From: Botryllus schlosseri
Lineage: Eukaryota
Direction: 5' to 3'
DNA length: 64,000 bases
Assembly (NCBI GenBank): GCA_051294905.1
Contig: CM119384.1
Coordinates: 15,252,001 to 15,316,000 of the forward strand
Positions 41,042 through 52,406 of this stretch are shown here, piece by piece. The notes beneath the pieces were generated by a model. It had not been told where the DNA came from. It did not search any database and saw nothing but the letters and a program-made list of their open reading frames with translations. The translations under genes and the position numbers were made by a program. Numbering within the stretch: the first letter of the stretch is position 1; each line of letters opens with the position of its first letter.

Positions 41042-42644
41042 CAAGGGTGGGCAACCTTTTTGATATTCACGGCCCCATTTCGATTAGTTATGTAGCCCAA
41101 GACCGCATTTCCAGGACATAGTCACAATGCACCAACTATGGACACCAAATACCCAAATTAAACCATCCAGTGTCCGTGTAGATTTGCGGTGAAATTCGGA
41201 GTAAGCTCCATTTTCATATCGTCTCACTATACGCAATTACGCCTCGAAATCGCTAGTGGTCATGTCATAGTTACTGGGAATGACTATGGTCGCGCCAAGC
41301 GCGACAATTTTTCCAGATTCGCAAATGAATTTCGTCATTAATATTAGTAGTTTCACATATTACTATCAAATATCTATCCTTTCTCATCCCATGTGACCAG
41401 ATTCACCGGTAGAGTTGATGGAGGGAGTGTTTTCGAAAATTTAGGGCAAGTTATAAATGATGATGCATATTCGGGTGGGCCAATTGTTATTAGTCACTTT
41501 GTTGCATGCTGTTATTTCTTGACCCCCTATCAAGATTGTCAGTATGGTGGTTGGAATCTCCCAAACGCACCAGCAGAAACAAATTTCTTTCGTGAGGAGC
41601 ACACGATTCCAAGTTGGTATTTTTATATGGAATGCATCATTTCCTCCGCTGTTCGCATCTGTACTCTGGGGCTCAGATTGCAATGAGCGCTACTATATTA
41701 GAATCGAAGCCGCATTGAATCGCGCGTAGCGCGAAGAGAATTTCAAGATCAACTAAATTTCTCAAAGATTAATTAATCTCCCAAAAATTCAAGAATAAAT
41801 TCATAAATTCAATTTTCATGTAGACGGCCGCCAACACATACTAATTGAATTACGTATCCAGGCCACACAAATTTCCTTATAGAGCATTTGTCTCGGGCCG
41901 CGATATCATTTTTTTGCAGCTCGCATCGGCATTTTGAATTATTCGACAATATTTAACTGCTGCAACATATTTTTTTAGATTTAAGAACTTGAAAAACGCT
42001 CGAAAACTATTCCAAAAACCTGAAACTACTCTTCAAACGCGATACGACACACCAAGACATATGTAGTTATATAGGCCATGTAACGTGCGACTCTGAGAAG
42101 TGTGCCAAAACTACCCGCAGCGAGAACATTGCCATTGTGCTGACCAAAAACTTCGATATACATACATTTATGTAGTCCATAGGTGCCTCGAAGGCTGGCG
42201 CCGAATGTTCCTGTCCTGTCGATCTGAGACCCACAAGACAAATGCCATCCCACGGTAAAGAAATAGCAATTTGAAATCGTGTGCGTCTTCTAGTTTAGTA
42301 CGTTTGGGCGATTTCAATGTCTTTTGACATAGCAGATAGGAGGTCAAGAAATGGCATCATGCAACGAAGTCATTATACCAACCGGTCGGCCCGAAGACGT
42401 TTAATTATTATTTAGTGGCAAATGTAGATAATAAGTAGCGGCAAAAAGCGTCTGGCCTGAGGGGGTGGGCGATTCCCCCCTCAAAATTTCGGTTTATCTC
42501 TCTATGAGGGGCCCAAAACCAACGTTTTGGGGGCTGACGAAGTGCTGTTACGGTCCTGTGACCGTACCCATTGGTGCTGTGGCCCGCGGCGACATCAAAA
42601 ACTATGAAATTGGCCCGTGAGCACATTTGAGTTTGAGACCCCAG
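41042..42644. mobile_element. hAT-derived composite or chimeric element
   Basis: Left CAAGGGTGGGCAAC and right GTTTGAGACCCCAG come from different end families. Flanks ATATAGAG / CTATAGAG. Right end is homologous to 57850-57910. Confidence 0.5.
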
Positions 42645-43599
42645 CTATAGAGGGTGTCGCAAAAGACGCTTTCAGTTCCTTCCCTGAATTTTAGTTTGGG
42701 TCATCCTAAAGTTTAGAAAGTCAGAAGAAGAGTGTGATCTCACTGCAGTTTCATCGTGGTAGGGTGACGGTAGACTACAAAGAGCATCAGCAACGACATA
42801 GTAGGCCACTCATATGAACTAGCGTAGCCTATGTGTATTGTATAATTCAGGTAGCCTATGGCTAGTTTTGGACATTTGGTATGTGCGAGTCGGGTTCAGA
42901 GTCGCAAATATAGATTTGAAGTAAACAGGGAGCCAGATTCTCTATTTTGAATCGACGCTAGTTTTGATTAGCAATTGCAACGAGATTCCTCTGCTGACTT
43001 GTATTGACACATTTTGAGTATTATTTCTTCTCAATTTGCCTTGGGATCGTCCCCAATCGTCGCACAACCAGGTTTTGCAGCAAGCACAGAACAATGTCAC
43101 CAGTAGCCCACCTCTGCCAACAGAGACCTTCAGTCAGTCAGTACCGACAGAAGCATCGCGTCACCACAACGTTTATAGTAGTCTGGCTACACTTTGTTGC
43201 AAGGTGATTGCTCTTCGCGTAACTAGATGCTGCTTTACAGCTTCCCGAATAGTGAGATCTCTGAAATCGCACAATAGCTTCTTGGAGAGAAGTTTAATAT
43301 GCAATTGAATGGCGACATAGCCGTCGCTGGTTAGCCCAAACTTTCGATATTGACAAGTCTGACCGCCGAAATCGTCGGCACCGACAGTCCTGTCCTTTTA
43401 TCTAGGCCCTGCAGAGCTATTTCGTAATCATTGTGATAGCAATCTGCTGGATTTTACTAGCATCATAAATCGGTGTATAGTAGGGTTACCACCATATGTC
43501 CTCCTTCTCAAGAAATCGAAAATGTCCTCCGAGGACGCCCAAATGTCCCTCTTTATAGCTTCGACACTCGACAGCCAGGCGCTTGTACGATGGCGCTTG

Positions 43600-43952
43600 T
43601 AGGGCTGTTCAAAAATAACTTTTTTCCGGATTCCAGCCATTCACTGATTAAATTGTCAGGTTGCTCTGAAAAACGCTGCACACCAAATTTGGTTCAAATC
43701 TAACAAGTATAAGACTCCACAGATCCAATAATTTTTTTAATTTATTAGGGAAAATATAAAAAAAAAGAGATCAAATTTTTCTTTCAACCACATGAAATTG
43801 TTGAGATGTCTTCAAAGACGATGCAAAACAAATTTGACTCAATTCCAACTAGTAGAAGCGGAGTTACCTGAGTTTTTCGTTCATAATTCTCGGATTATCC
43901 TTGATTGGTGGGTAATCCAATAATTATCAACGAAAAACTTAAATAACTCCGC
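43600..43952. mobile_element. Foldback MITE family, left arm and centre only
   Basis: TAGGGCTGTTCAAAAATAACTTTTTTCCGGATTCC... collinear with 6656-6960; truncated on the right. Confidence 0.8.
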
Positions 43953-44431
43953 CACCTCAAGAGTCCATGACATTGGCGATCGAATTTGATATTCGGACAT
44001 GCAGTTTCGTTTCCGAAAAAAACTGGGCGGATTACAGTTTATAGCTACTTCGAAATACGAGGGTCTTCAGTTAGAGTCATGATTTTCAATTTTGCGGGGC
44101 CCGAAATTCAAGGTCGGATCGGTCAAAGAGCAGAAAAAATTGTCGCAGCTGATCAGGATATGCCAATATTATTTTCTAATTCAGTTAAAAATCGTATGCG
44201 TAAGTAAATCAAAAAATATCAAGAAACCAAACGATCCTCGAGTTAAAGCGCGAAGCCCCATCCCAAATAATCGCGGACGTCGCACGACTCCACTGCCCTG
44301 TTTTCAAGGAGCCCATGATAACCGATCATTAGGGCAAGTCTTTGCAACTTTTTTACAGCTTCCTAAATACTTGGAAGTTATATAGTATGGTGCTTCAAGC
44401 TGTTTGGAGGAATCTTATATCGCAACTTTTT

Positions 44432-45781
44432 CAGAGGTGGTCAGTAACGAAGTACTTCTACTTTTTCGAAGTACTTCTACTTTTTCGAGGTACTCGAGTA
44501 GTTTCCCTCTGCTTCTGGTACTTACTCGAGTAGATCCTTTTTCGCTACTTCTACTTCCACTTCAGAATATTTTGTGAACTACTTACTTACTTCTCGCTAC
44601 TTTCAGTATGTCAAGTAGAAGTAGTCTAATCCCCCAATAAGAAAGATAGCCGAAGGAATTTCGGGGCTGTTTTCACGTAGTACCAACATTTAATTTGCAT
44701 AAAAGTCATGTAATACACAGAATTTTCGTTGCGCTTCGCGTACAGTAGATATGGAGTGAAAAATATGTTTTAACGAAAGAATCGCTGAATATAATTTAGA
44801 TACCGAGTTGCGTGGTTCCGTTGGCACCGCATTGTCGCCTATACCAAATATTTCATCACAGTAAGTATGGCCCCCATAACGTTTGAAACTGCCGTCTCGC
44901 CATCTAGCAATTACCTATTATACCTAGCAGCCCATGACGTGTCCTAATCTGGTAAAGTGGACGAGTATTATACGTTGAGTTCTAATTATAGTTTCCGTTC
45001 TTTTGTCTGGAGAACATACATGTTGAAGTATAAAAGCAAGTGCAGTAATGCCTCATATTTTCCGAAAATAAAGCTTGAAGAGCTTCTTGGAGGTACAGAA
45101 CTTCAATATACAATTAAATAGTATATGCGATATGCGATTGTTGATATACAATGTTCTTTCCAATTCTCTACTAGTTGCTGACGATTACCCCTGACGAGTG
45201 TCAGCCGAAAATATTCGGGTTCATTTCAATATGAATATACTATTTAATTGAAAATAAAGCTATACACTGTATGCCATTTTTACATTCTGCCATATTTTTA
45301 ATTAACGTATACTAATGGCGCAAAGTGTTAAAGCCGTATCCAACACAACTTCTCCGTATTGCTTTTCGACTGAACTAGGGGCCTTATAATATGGGGGAGG
45401 GCGCCATACCACGATATTCTCTAGATGGGGTGTTCGAGTAGTATCGCATTTCCATATCAATACTAATACTATCATTTACATCCCATGATGTGGACGATTG
45501 CTTATTCGGTCAAAAATTGACACCTCCTGGGATGCATCAATTTGAATCAAGCTCTCTGCACCTTCCGCATAGCTCAATTTGCAGCTTTTGACAGTCCATG
45601 CGAACGCATTACGATCGTTTTCACTACTTACTTACTTGAGTAGATTTAAAGCCATTCAATTCTACTTCTACTTCAAGTAGTTTTAGGTTGCTCATGTAAG
45701 AAGTACTTCTACTCGTACTCGAGTAGATTTTTTTCGTCACTACTTCTACTTGAGTAGCTTTCTTGACTTTGACCACCTCTG
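44432..45781. mobile_element. hAT element with TACTTCTACT subterminal arrays
   Basis: TIRs CAGAGGTGGTCA / TGACCACCTCTG, perfect TSD AACTTTTT. Related eroded pieces near 480-700, 1730-1780, 2570-2655 and 58050-58212. Confidence 0.88.
45064..45261. mobile_element. Family A insertion with inverted 3' segment and 11-12 bp direct repeats
   Basis: GAAAATAAAGCT at 45064-45075 and 45250-45261. Inverted tail at about 45076-45125, forward head at 45171-45250. Confidence 0.7.
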
Positions 45782-46433
45782 AACTTTTTTCGATGCAACC
45801 TTTCCCTGCAACTTTTGTGAAAAATAAATGCAACTTTCACCGGATTTGACGGCAACAAAAACTTGCCCTACTGATCATTAACTCGTCTCCTTAGCGCGGC
45901 AGTGGACGATATTCTATCACTCTTTACAGACGCCGGTGAATACTTTTGAATTTGGACATAAGTACAAGGACTTTGTACACCTTTGATTTAGTGCGTATAA
46001 TGCCACTGTTGTCTACTCTATACTATCGTAGTGAAAATAGGACCTGATACTGCCGATGACTGATGACCTTTGCTGTTATGGCATTGAATCACCACCGAGT
46101 AGGATTTCATTACGCATGCGATCGCGTAATAAACACATCGTGACAGCCTATGAGTAGCGAGTACCCACTGGCGACTGAAGAATGACATTGCAATGAAGTC
46201 ATCAATCCACACAGTGCACACCAACGTAAATCATAGAAAATGTGTATCTTTGACATTTATATTCGAATGCAACGAGAGATGAAACTTGGACCGAGTCCGC
46301 AAGTAATGTGAAAATTTTCAAAATCTGAAATATCACAACATACAGAAAGATGCCAGAAGCACTGAGCCCGGGACTGCAAATTCACGCCACTCACAGCTAT
46401 AGCGATACGGTAAATAATATAATACTGTATAAT

Positions 46434-49400
46434 TCAAAAGGATACGGTTCCCTCCGGTAGACTGGCGTTAGACAAATGAAAATACCTCAAATCGTTAACG
46501 AAAGTTTTCATGCACTGAATATAGGAAGGCTGGTCCTTTTCTTTGGTAAAATTATTGTACAAAGTCTCCTTCTGACCGGGTGTGAGACCTTGCACGTCTC
46601 GTAAAAAGTACGGCAGGAACTTATCGTGAAACGTTTCGAAATCCACGCTGGCCATGTAGTAGGTGGCGTCGTAAATCTCGTCTTGCAGCAAATCGTGCGA
46701 TTTCTGTATTAGCGCCTGCACCAGCACTGTAATGAACTGGAACAGGATGTTCTCCTCGGGAAGCAGCTTGTAGATTTTTTCGTAAAGTTTCTGCTTGTGA
46801 TTCAACGACTGCAGGGCGAGCAGGTTGTTCCGAAACACCGTAATGTCGGGTTGCAGAAAAGACTGACCGAACGCTTGCATGATAGCGAGAAAATCGTCTT
46901 TGTGCCCCAAAACGCCGACATTATTATCGGTCAGAAATGAAGCCAGCACAGGCGATGGGAAAAAATGCCGGGTCTTACGAGACAAAATATGATGCATCAA
47001 TTCAAAAAGCGACTCTTTCACGTCGGGTGACGATCTCTGCGCCACGATTGGGTAAATTCTGTGGACCGCCACGAGTATGATTCCAGGAGTCAAACTTTTA
47101 AAAGAGTTCGAGCTCTCATCAATAACGAGCTCGAGTATCTTGATAAACTTTTCGACCACGCGCGCGCCGGCAGAATTTTCGTGCGATATCGTCTTCTCTA
47201 ACACCGGCGGGGTAAAAAGTTTGAAGAAAGTATCTATCATTTTGATCGTTTTTTCCGGGCCCATCTGCGAACGCAGTCCCTTGAAACACGCCAAGAAAAA
47301 ACCCATCAGGCTCTCTGTGACTTCAGGATGGCTCATGAACAACGGGAAGAGTTCCAGTCCAAGTTCAATGCACGCTTGAAAAGATACGTAGCAAAGTTGC
47401 CGCGTCTTCACAACCTCTCCTTCGATAGCGATAACAAGATCCTCCAACACGCAAAGCGATTTTATAATGACTTGCTTGACTTCGGACATGTTTTGGTGGA
47501 TGTGCGATAATTTGTCGGCCAGCGAAAGGTAATCGCTAAGCAGCGCTTTGACGAAAGACACGTGGTTGCCCTGTCTTGCTTCCCAACATTGTTCCGAATC
47601 GGGAGTGTTAGGCCATGGGAGTATCAGGAGATTTGACAGGGCCCGGTACACTAGTTTCTGCGAATCCATGGCAAGATTGCTGCACAAGCCATTAGCGACT
47701 TCGCTGTAAAATTTTTCGATAGTGGGTGATTGCAGAAGGAAAGCCGCGCGGACGGTATTGATAGCAGACAGCAGAGTGTGGCTAGCAGGAAGTACAATCT
47801 TGTCTGGAGCTTCCGTGTTCAACATCGGAATCACCGCGTTCAAGTACCCTTGCATAATCTCCACTAATTTAGCTTGCGAATGACCGGCCTGTTGCGACTC
47901 TGTGTACAACTGAAACAACCAATGAGTGTACGGTTGCAGAACAGCTAATGCTTGAGAGTGCACTTCCGTTACGTCGGCATATAAAACTGGTGACATCCTG
48001 CCACGAATTTCATAAAATTTGATGCGACTACCGAATACCGCGAGGGTTAAAAACTTTTCGATCAGCGACATGGCCTCTGGGCGGCTGTGAAAATGCTCGC
48101 CGATGAAATACTCGGATAAGCGTCCGAACGCTTGCAGTGCGGTTGACAAGTCTTTCAAAGCACAGTGTAATTGATCATGATCACTGCCGGATGGGTTGAT
48201 GTTGAAATGTCGGTCGGGGTTTCGCGCTGGCGCGCATGTACTATCACTTATGCTGACATACAAGTTTTGATTCACGGGCAATACATGCCTGCCTATCTCC
48301 AAATATATCTTGGCGTTTTCTTCTAGAATCGGGTAGAGCATTGACATCGTTTCGCCTGGGTAAAAACTGCAAATTTTTGCGATGATCTCCAGATTATCAA
48401 TGACGTATTGCTGCCATTCGGTGTGGCCAGTGTCGTCTAACGTGTCATTGTCCAGGTCTACGAGCCGGGACTGGTTGCCCCTGAATTGAATTTGATTCAT
48501 TATTAGCCGCGCGAGCAAGTTCAAACCTTCCCGATACGGCATCAAAATCTGTCTTTGCGTCGATACGTCTTTCCCTTCAAGCTTGTTGGTTAGATAGTCT
48601 AAAAATAACTCCCAAATGTCCAGACAGCAGAGATAACCGTCAAATGTTGGTTGGTTAAATGTAAACTTGAATAGTAATTCCAGAAACTGTAGTAAAGGGA
48701 AGCTTTCATTTGCTTCAATACGACCGAAATGAACGGTCACAAAAAGCCGTAAAAACTCAGTGAACTTTTCCAGATAATCTTCGTCCAAGAGATCGAGGCC
48801 CAGTTTGGGGTCCGAGTTTTGCGTGACTTGCTTCAAAAAGTGAAAAGAAAACTTGAAAACGGTGATAAAATAATCTTCGAAGTTGGTAGGAATGCAGCTC
48901 TTCCCCATCAGTTCATTAATGCAAGTCATCGACAATACGCCGAGTCTCAAATTCGGCATGTTCGCATTAGTCGAATTCTGGTTTTGAATTAACGCGGGAT
49001 GGACTCCGTACCGCGTGTACGCGAACAGAACATTAAACAGGCGAGGGGAAATACTGGTGGAAAGCGGTATCCAACTGAACAGGTGGCACAAGCACTCCAG
49101 CGCTTCGACTATCAAGGAATGGGATATTTGCGGCAAAAATGGCGGAAGAACTTCGGACATAGCGTCAGACCCGGCGAGGTCAAATAATCCGACTAAATTC
49201 GACGATGTGGGTGACGAATTGAGAAAGGAGCTCTGATTACCAAAGCCCGACTCGGAATGCTTTTTCCATTCTTTCTCCATGGTGTCCGATATGATGTCCA
49301 GCATCAGCGGCACTTGTTGCAGTAGAAGTCTGCGAAGTTCCTTTTTTCTTTGATGTGGCAAATCCTCGCGTGGCAATGCCATTTCTTCCGATATAATCCG

Positions 49401-49859
49401 AAGAGCATTCAAGCCCATCGTTCTGGTCTCTTCGTCATTTGGAGCGCACGCCAGCTTTACAATGTTGGTAAAAAAATCCGGATAAAACATAGGCCAGTCC
49501 AGCCTCCCGATGTCGACAATACATTTCAGCAGTTTCTTTTTGATGTAAGGAATGAGGGATTTATGTCTTTCCAGTAAAATTTTATATAAAGCAGTGCGCA
49601 GTTCACCTTTCTCCGCGGAGCCAACACCAGCCCACATTTTATTCACCAAGGATTCGATAACCGATAAAGAATACATCATCACATATTCATTTCTGGTCTC
49701 GGTGAAAAAGTAAAGGCAGTCCCTCCAAGAGCCTTTTTGCTGGCCGAATTTTGATAGCTGCTCTTCAATTTCACGCTTACGTTGATTTGACGTTCCGGCG
49801 TGGAAAAATTCAGTCATAATATTTTCGAGAGAATGCAGATTGCTGTTATTTCCGGACAT
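46434..49859 (-). CDS. XPO6: Exportin-6 (actin/profilin nuclear export receptor), single coding exon, 1141 aa
   Basis: N-terminus LENIMTEFFHAGTSNQRKREIEEQL...YVMMYSL...VDIGRLDWPMFYPDFF and C-terminus FVNDLRYF...SLPEGTVSF match my recollection of vertebrate XPO6. Uninterrupted ORF. Confidence 0.95.
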   Translation of the reverse strand: MSGNNSNLHSLENIMTEFFHAGTSNQRKREIEEQLSKFGQQKGSWRDCLYFFTETRNEYVMMYSLSVIESLVNKMWAGVGSAEKGELRTALYKILLERHKSLIPYIKKKLLKCIVDIGRLDWPMFYPDFFTNIVKLACAPNDEETRTMGLNALRIISEEMALPREDLPHQRKKELRRLLLQQVPLMLDIISDTMEKEWKKHSESGFGNQSSFLNSSPTSSNLVGLFDLAGSDAMSEVLPPFLPQISHSLIVEALECLCHLFSWIPLSTSISPRLFNVLFAYTRYGVHPALIQNQNSTNANMPNLRLGVLSMTCINELMGKSCIPTNFEDYFITVFKFSFHFLKQVTQNSDPKLGLDLLDEDYLEKFTEFLRLFVTVHFGRIEANESFPLLQFLELLFKFTFNQPTFDGYLCCLDIWELFLDYLTNKLEGKDVSTQRQILMPYREGLNLLARLIMNQIQFRGNQSRLVDLDNDTLDDTGHTEWQQYVIDNLEIIAKICSFYPGETMSMLYPILEENAKIYLEIGRHVLPVNQNLYVSISDSTCAPARNPDRHFNINPSGSDHDQLHCALKDLSTALQAFGRLSEYFIGEHFHSRPEAMSLIEKFLTLAVFGSRIKFYEIRGRMSPVLYADVTEVHSQALAVLQPYTHWLFQLYTESQQAGHSQAKLVEIMQGYLNAVIPMLNTEAPDKIVLPASHTLLSAINTVRAAFLLQSPTIEKFYSEVANGLCSNLAMDSQKLVYRALSNLLILPWPNTPDSEQCWEARQGNHVSFVKALLSDYLSLADKLSHIHQNMSEVKQVIIKSLCVLEDLVIAIEGEVVKTRQLCYVSFQACIELGLELFPLFMSHPEVTESLMGFFLACFKGLRSQMGPEKTIKMIDTFFKLFTPPVLEKTISHENSAGARVVEKFIKILELVIDESSNSFKSLTPGIILVAVHRIYPIVAQRSSPDVKESLFELMHHILSRKTRHFFPSPVLASFLTDNNVGVLGHKDDFLAIMQAFGQSFLQPDITVFRNNLLALQSLNHKQKLYEKIYKLLPEENILFQFITVLVQALIQKSHDLLQDEIYDATYYMASVDFETFHDKFLPYFLRDVQGLTPGQKETLYNNFTKEKDQPSYIQCMKTFVNDLRYFHLSNASLPEGTVSF

Positions 49860-51658
49860 GTTGGCGTCAATTATATGGTATTACGATATCAAAACTTGAA
49901 ATATAAATAAACAACAAAGATAAAGTTACAGGTCATATTACTGAGAATGATATTCCATACCAATATTATGGCTTTGGGGTCAATGAAAGCTGAAATTCGT
50001 GATCTACTCTTTTACAAGGTTGAGGCCAGATAATGATAACAATTGATCCCACATATCTGTGCCCTGTGCCATCTCTACTAATGAGATCACTTGGGTATGG
50101 CTTAGCCAGGACATCATAAATAATGATCACCCAAGGTTAGATTCAGAGTGGAATTGGTGGCAACATCCATTGTTTCAAGTTTGGCAGTAGACCAGTGTTG
50201 GTGCGATCGAGAGAACAATAAGGACAGTCGAATGTATATAACTTGTTTCCAAATTTGACTTTTTCATCTAATCTTTGAAATACCATATCCAATTATGGAT
50301 CTAAATCAGGGGCTGCCAAATCAAAATGGGGCGAGCACCACTTTTCAAATTTTACAGCGGCCACGTGCCGCATCAATTCAATATTGAGATAAAATAAGCA
50401 ATAAGCTACAGTTTAACAAAAACGTCAGTGCAACGCTGTGCTCTCTAACATGGGCGAAGGGCACAATTACCACAAAAGAAATCATATTTCATCAAGGACA
50501 TACAACAACAATATTTTTACGGTGAAATCAATTTCAGCATTTCCAAATGCTTCAAGCGTTTTTCTGAAATCCCAACTCAGACCGTGGAACGCAAAATATG
50601 ACCTCGTGTGTTGGTGACCCCTGATTTAGATCCTTCTCTAATCTACTGCCGCAATCGACTCTTTGGATCAACCAGGACTGAATTTGGATATGATGGGCTT
50701 CAAACATTTCCGTCACATTAGCTCATGACCCCTATGGAATCTCGTTTCATTTTTTGAAATAAATCCTACGTGATGAGATCTTTTCTGCATAGAATAATTA
50801 TGTAATTTAACAGAAAGTTCTGTGTGACGTTTGCACCAGTTCCACTCTGGGCTCATAACAGCACTTCTCAATATCGCTCTTCAGTGAGTGATTTACATAT
50901 TAGGCATATATGTCAAAATGGGTTTGAAAACCAGGATTTCAAATAGTCAGTCGTCGCCTGTCTGTTTACACATAGCCTATAGAGTATATTTTCTGTACGA
51001 ATTGGAATTAATTTAACCGTGATACACGTAGCCTAAACCGACTAAACGTACAGCTCACGAAGTGAAACTTTTTAGGGAATGAAAGGGTGAAAGAACATTA
51101 TCGGCCTCGATTTCCCGAGAGATAAATTGTACCCTTATGACAACTTTAGCGACATAGGTATTTTGGAATGCCACTGCACCGTCAGGCCCCTCTCATCATC
51201 GTAATCTAGCCCGTAAACAGAAGCACTAGTACTGCAACTATAGATAACTAACCTATAGTGCAACAGCATAGTGTACGTTACAGCAGATTAGACACATCAA
51301 TGATCGGTCCGCCGAGTAAGCCACGCCTACGTTCTTCAGCATTTGATCGTTGTCAAACGCTAGTAATTCTTATTACAATAATTCTTGATTTTCGTGTGAT
51401 ACTCATTAAAACTGCATATAGTTGAATGAGAAGACAAATGCACAAGCACACAGAAAAAATGCAACTCATGTTGACCACAACGTTTTTTTACACAATCAAA
51501 ATCAAAATACTCAATTACGACACCTCATGGACAATATAAATATGTTTTGATTTTATCGTTTGAGTGACATGTGTAGTTTATGTGTAATTTTGCATTCAGG
51601 ATATTGTGTTCCGTCTAGATAAACTTGAGAATAGCAGCTGGCTCAAGGCGAAGAAGAA

Positions 51659-52387
51659 ATGAACACCGATGTTCCGCTAAGTCAACAAACTGGACAGACA
51701 TTTGACGTTACCTTTCTCACCGAGATTCACGATATTTTAAGCAAGTCAGTAAATTAGCAATTAAGTTTTGTTTTATTTGTTATCATCACGCGAATTTTAA
51801 TTGATAATGCAATGAAATAATGGGTGATTATAACCTTTTGTTAGCATATATATCATCATGTATCAAAACATTGTACGTCAAACGTCATCATGTATATTTT
51901 CCCATTCACCCTGACCCTGTTGGCCTCAGCAACAGGCACTTGTCCGTTTGAGATAATTTTTACATTGTTTGTGTTGGTTACGTCACAATATATCCACGAC
52001 GTCACCAAACAGCACTGCACTCTCCTTCACTCCAAGATGTAAAGTTTTTACCCTGCGTTATTACTGCAGCCCCTCCATTTATGACAGTTTGAGTCCTTCA
52101 ATCACAGACCCTCTGGCTTTGATAAGCCTAGTGATTCAATTGATTTAACATATTCATGTTTCAGGCTTGAAGTCGGACAAGACATTGAAACTCTGACGAA
52201 CAAAGTAAAGGAGCTGACGGGCAAGTTCGAGCAAGCAAAGCAGGAGATCAACTCCGAAAGTGGCATCGACTCCACCAAAGAGCGACAAGAGCTCGTGCTG
52301 AAATCTCTAAAACAGCAGCTGCAAATCAAAAAACAAGTCATTGAAAAGTACCAGAGTCTCACTCTAACCCCGAACTCACAAACTTGA
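51659..52387 (+). CDS. MED9: Mediator subunit 9, 2 exons, 102 aa
   Basis: Exons 51659-51744 (AA|GTCAGT) and 52165-52387 (TTTCAG|G) join to ...FDVTFLTEIHDILSKLEVGQDIETLTNKVKELTGKFEQAKQEINSESGIDSTKERQELVLKSLKQQLQIKKQVIEKYQSL..., matching the MED9 pattern (FLP.VH.II, KF...R..I..MPGI, L..L..Q...K..L..KY.SL). Not in the supplied ORF track. Confidence 0.85.
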
Positions 52388-52406
52388 TGCCTGACAACAC
52401 TCGGAC

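Larger units (their letters stand above)
44330..45870. mobile_element. Short TAGGGCAAGT-ended hAT MITE hosting a nested element
   Basis: TIRs TAGGGCAAGT / ACTTGCCCTA, flanks CCGATCAT / CTGATCAT. Confidence 0.7.

Noticed and set aside
47077-49577. Plus-strand ORFs antisense to XPO6
   Set aside because: Expected shadows of a long coding sequence.
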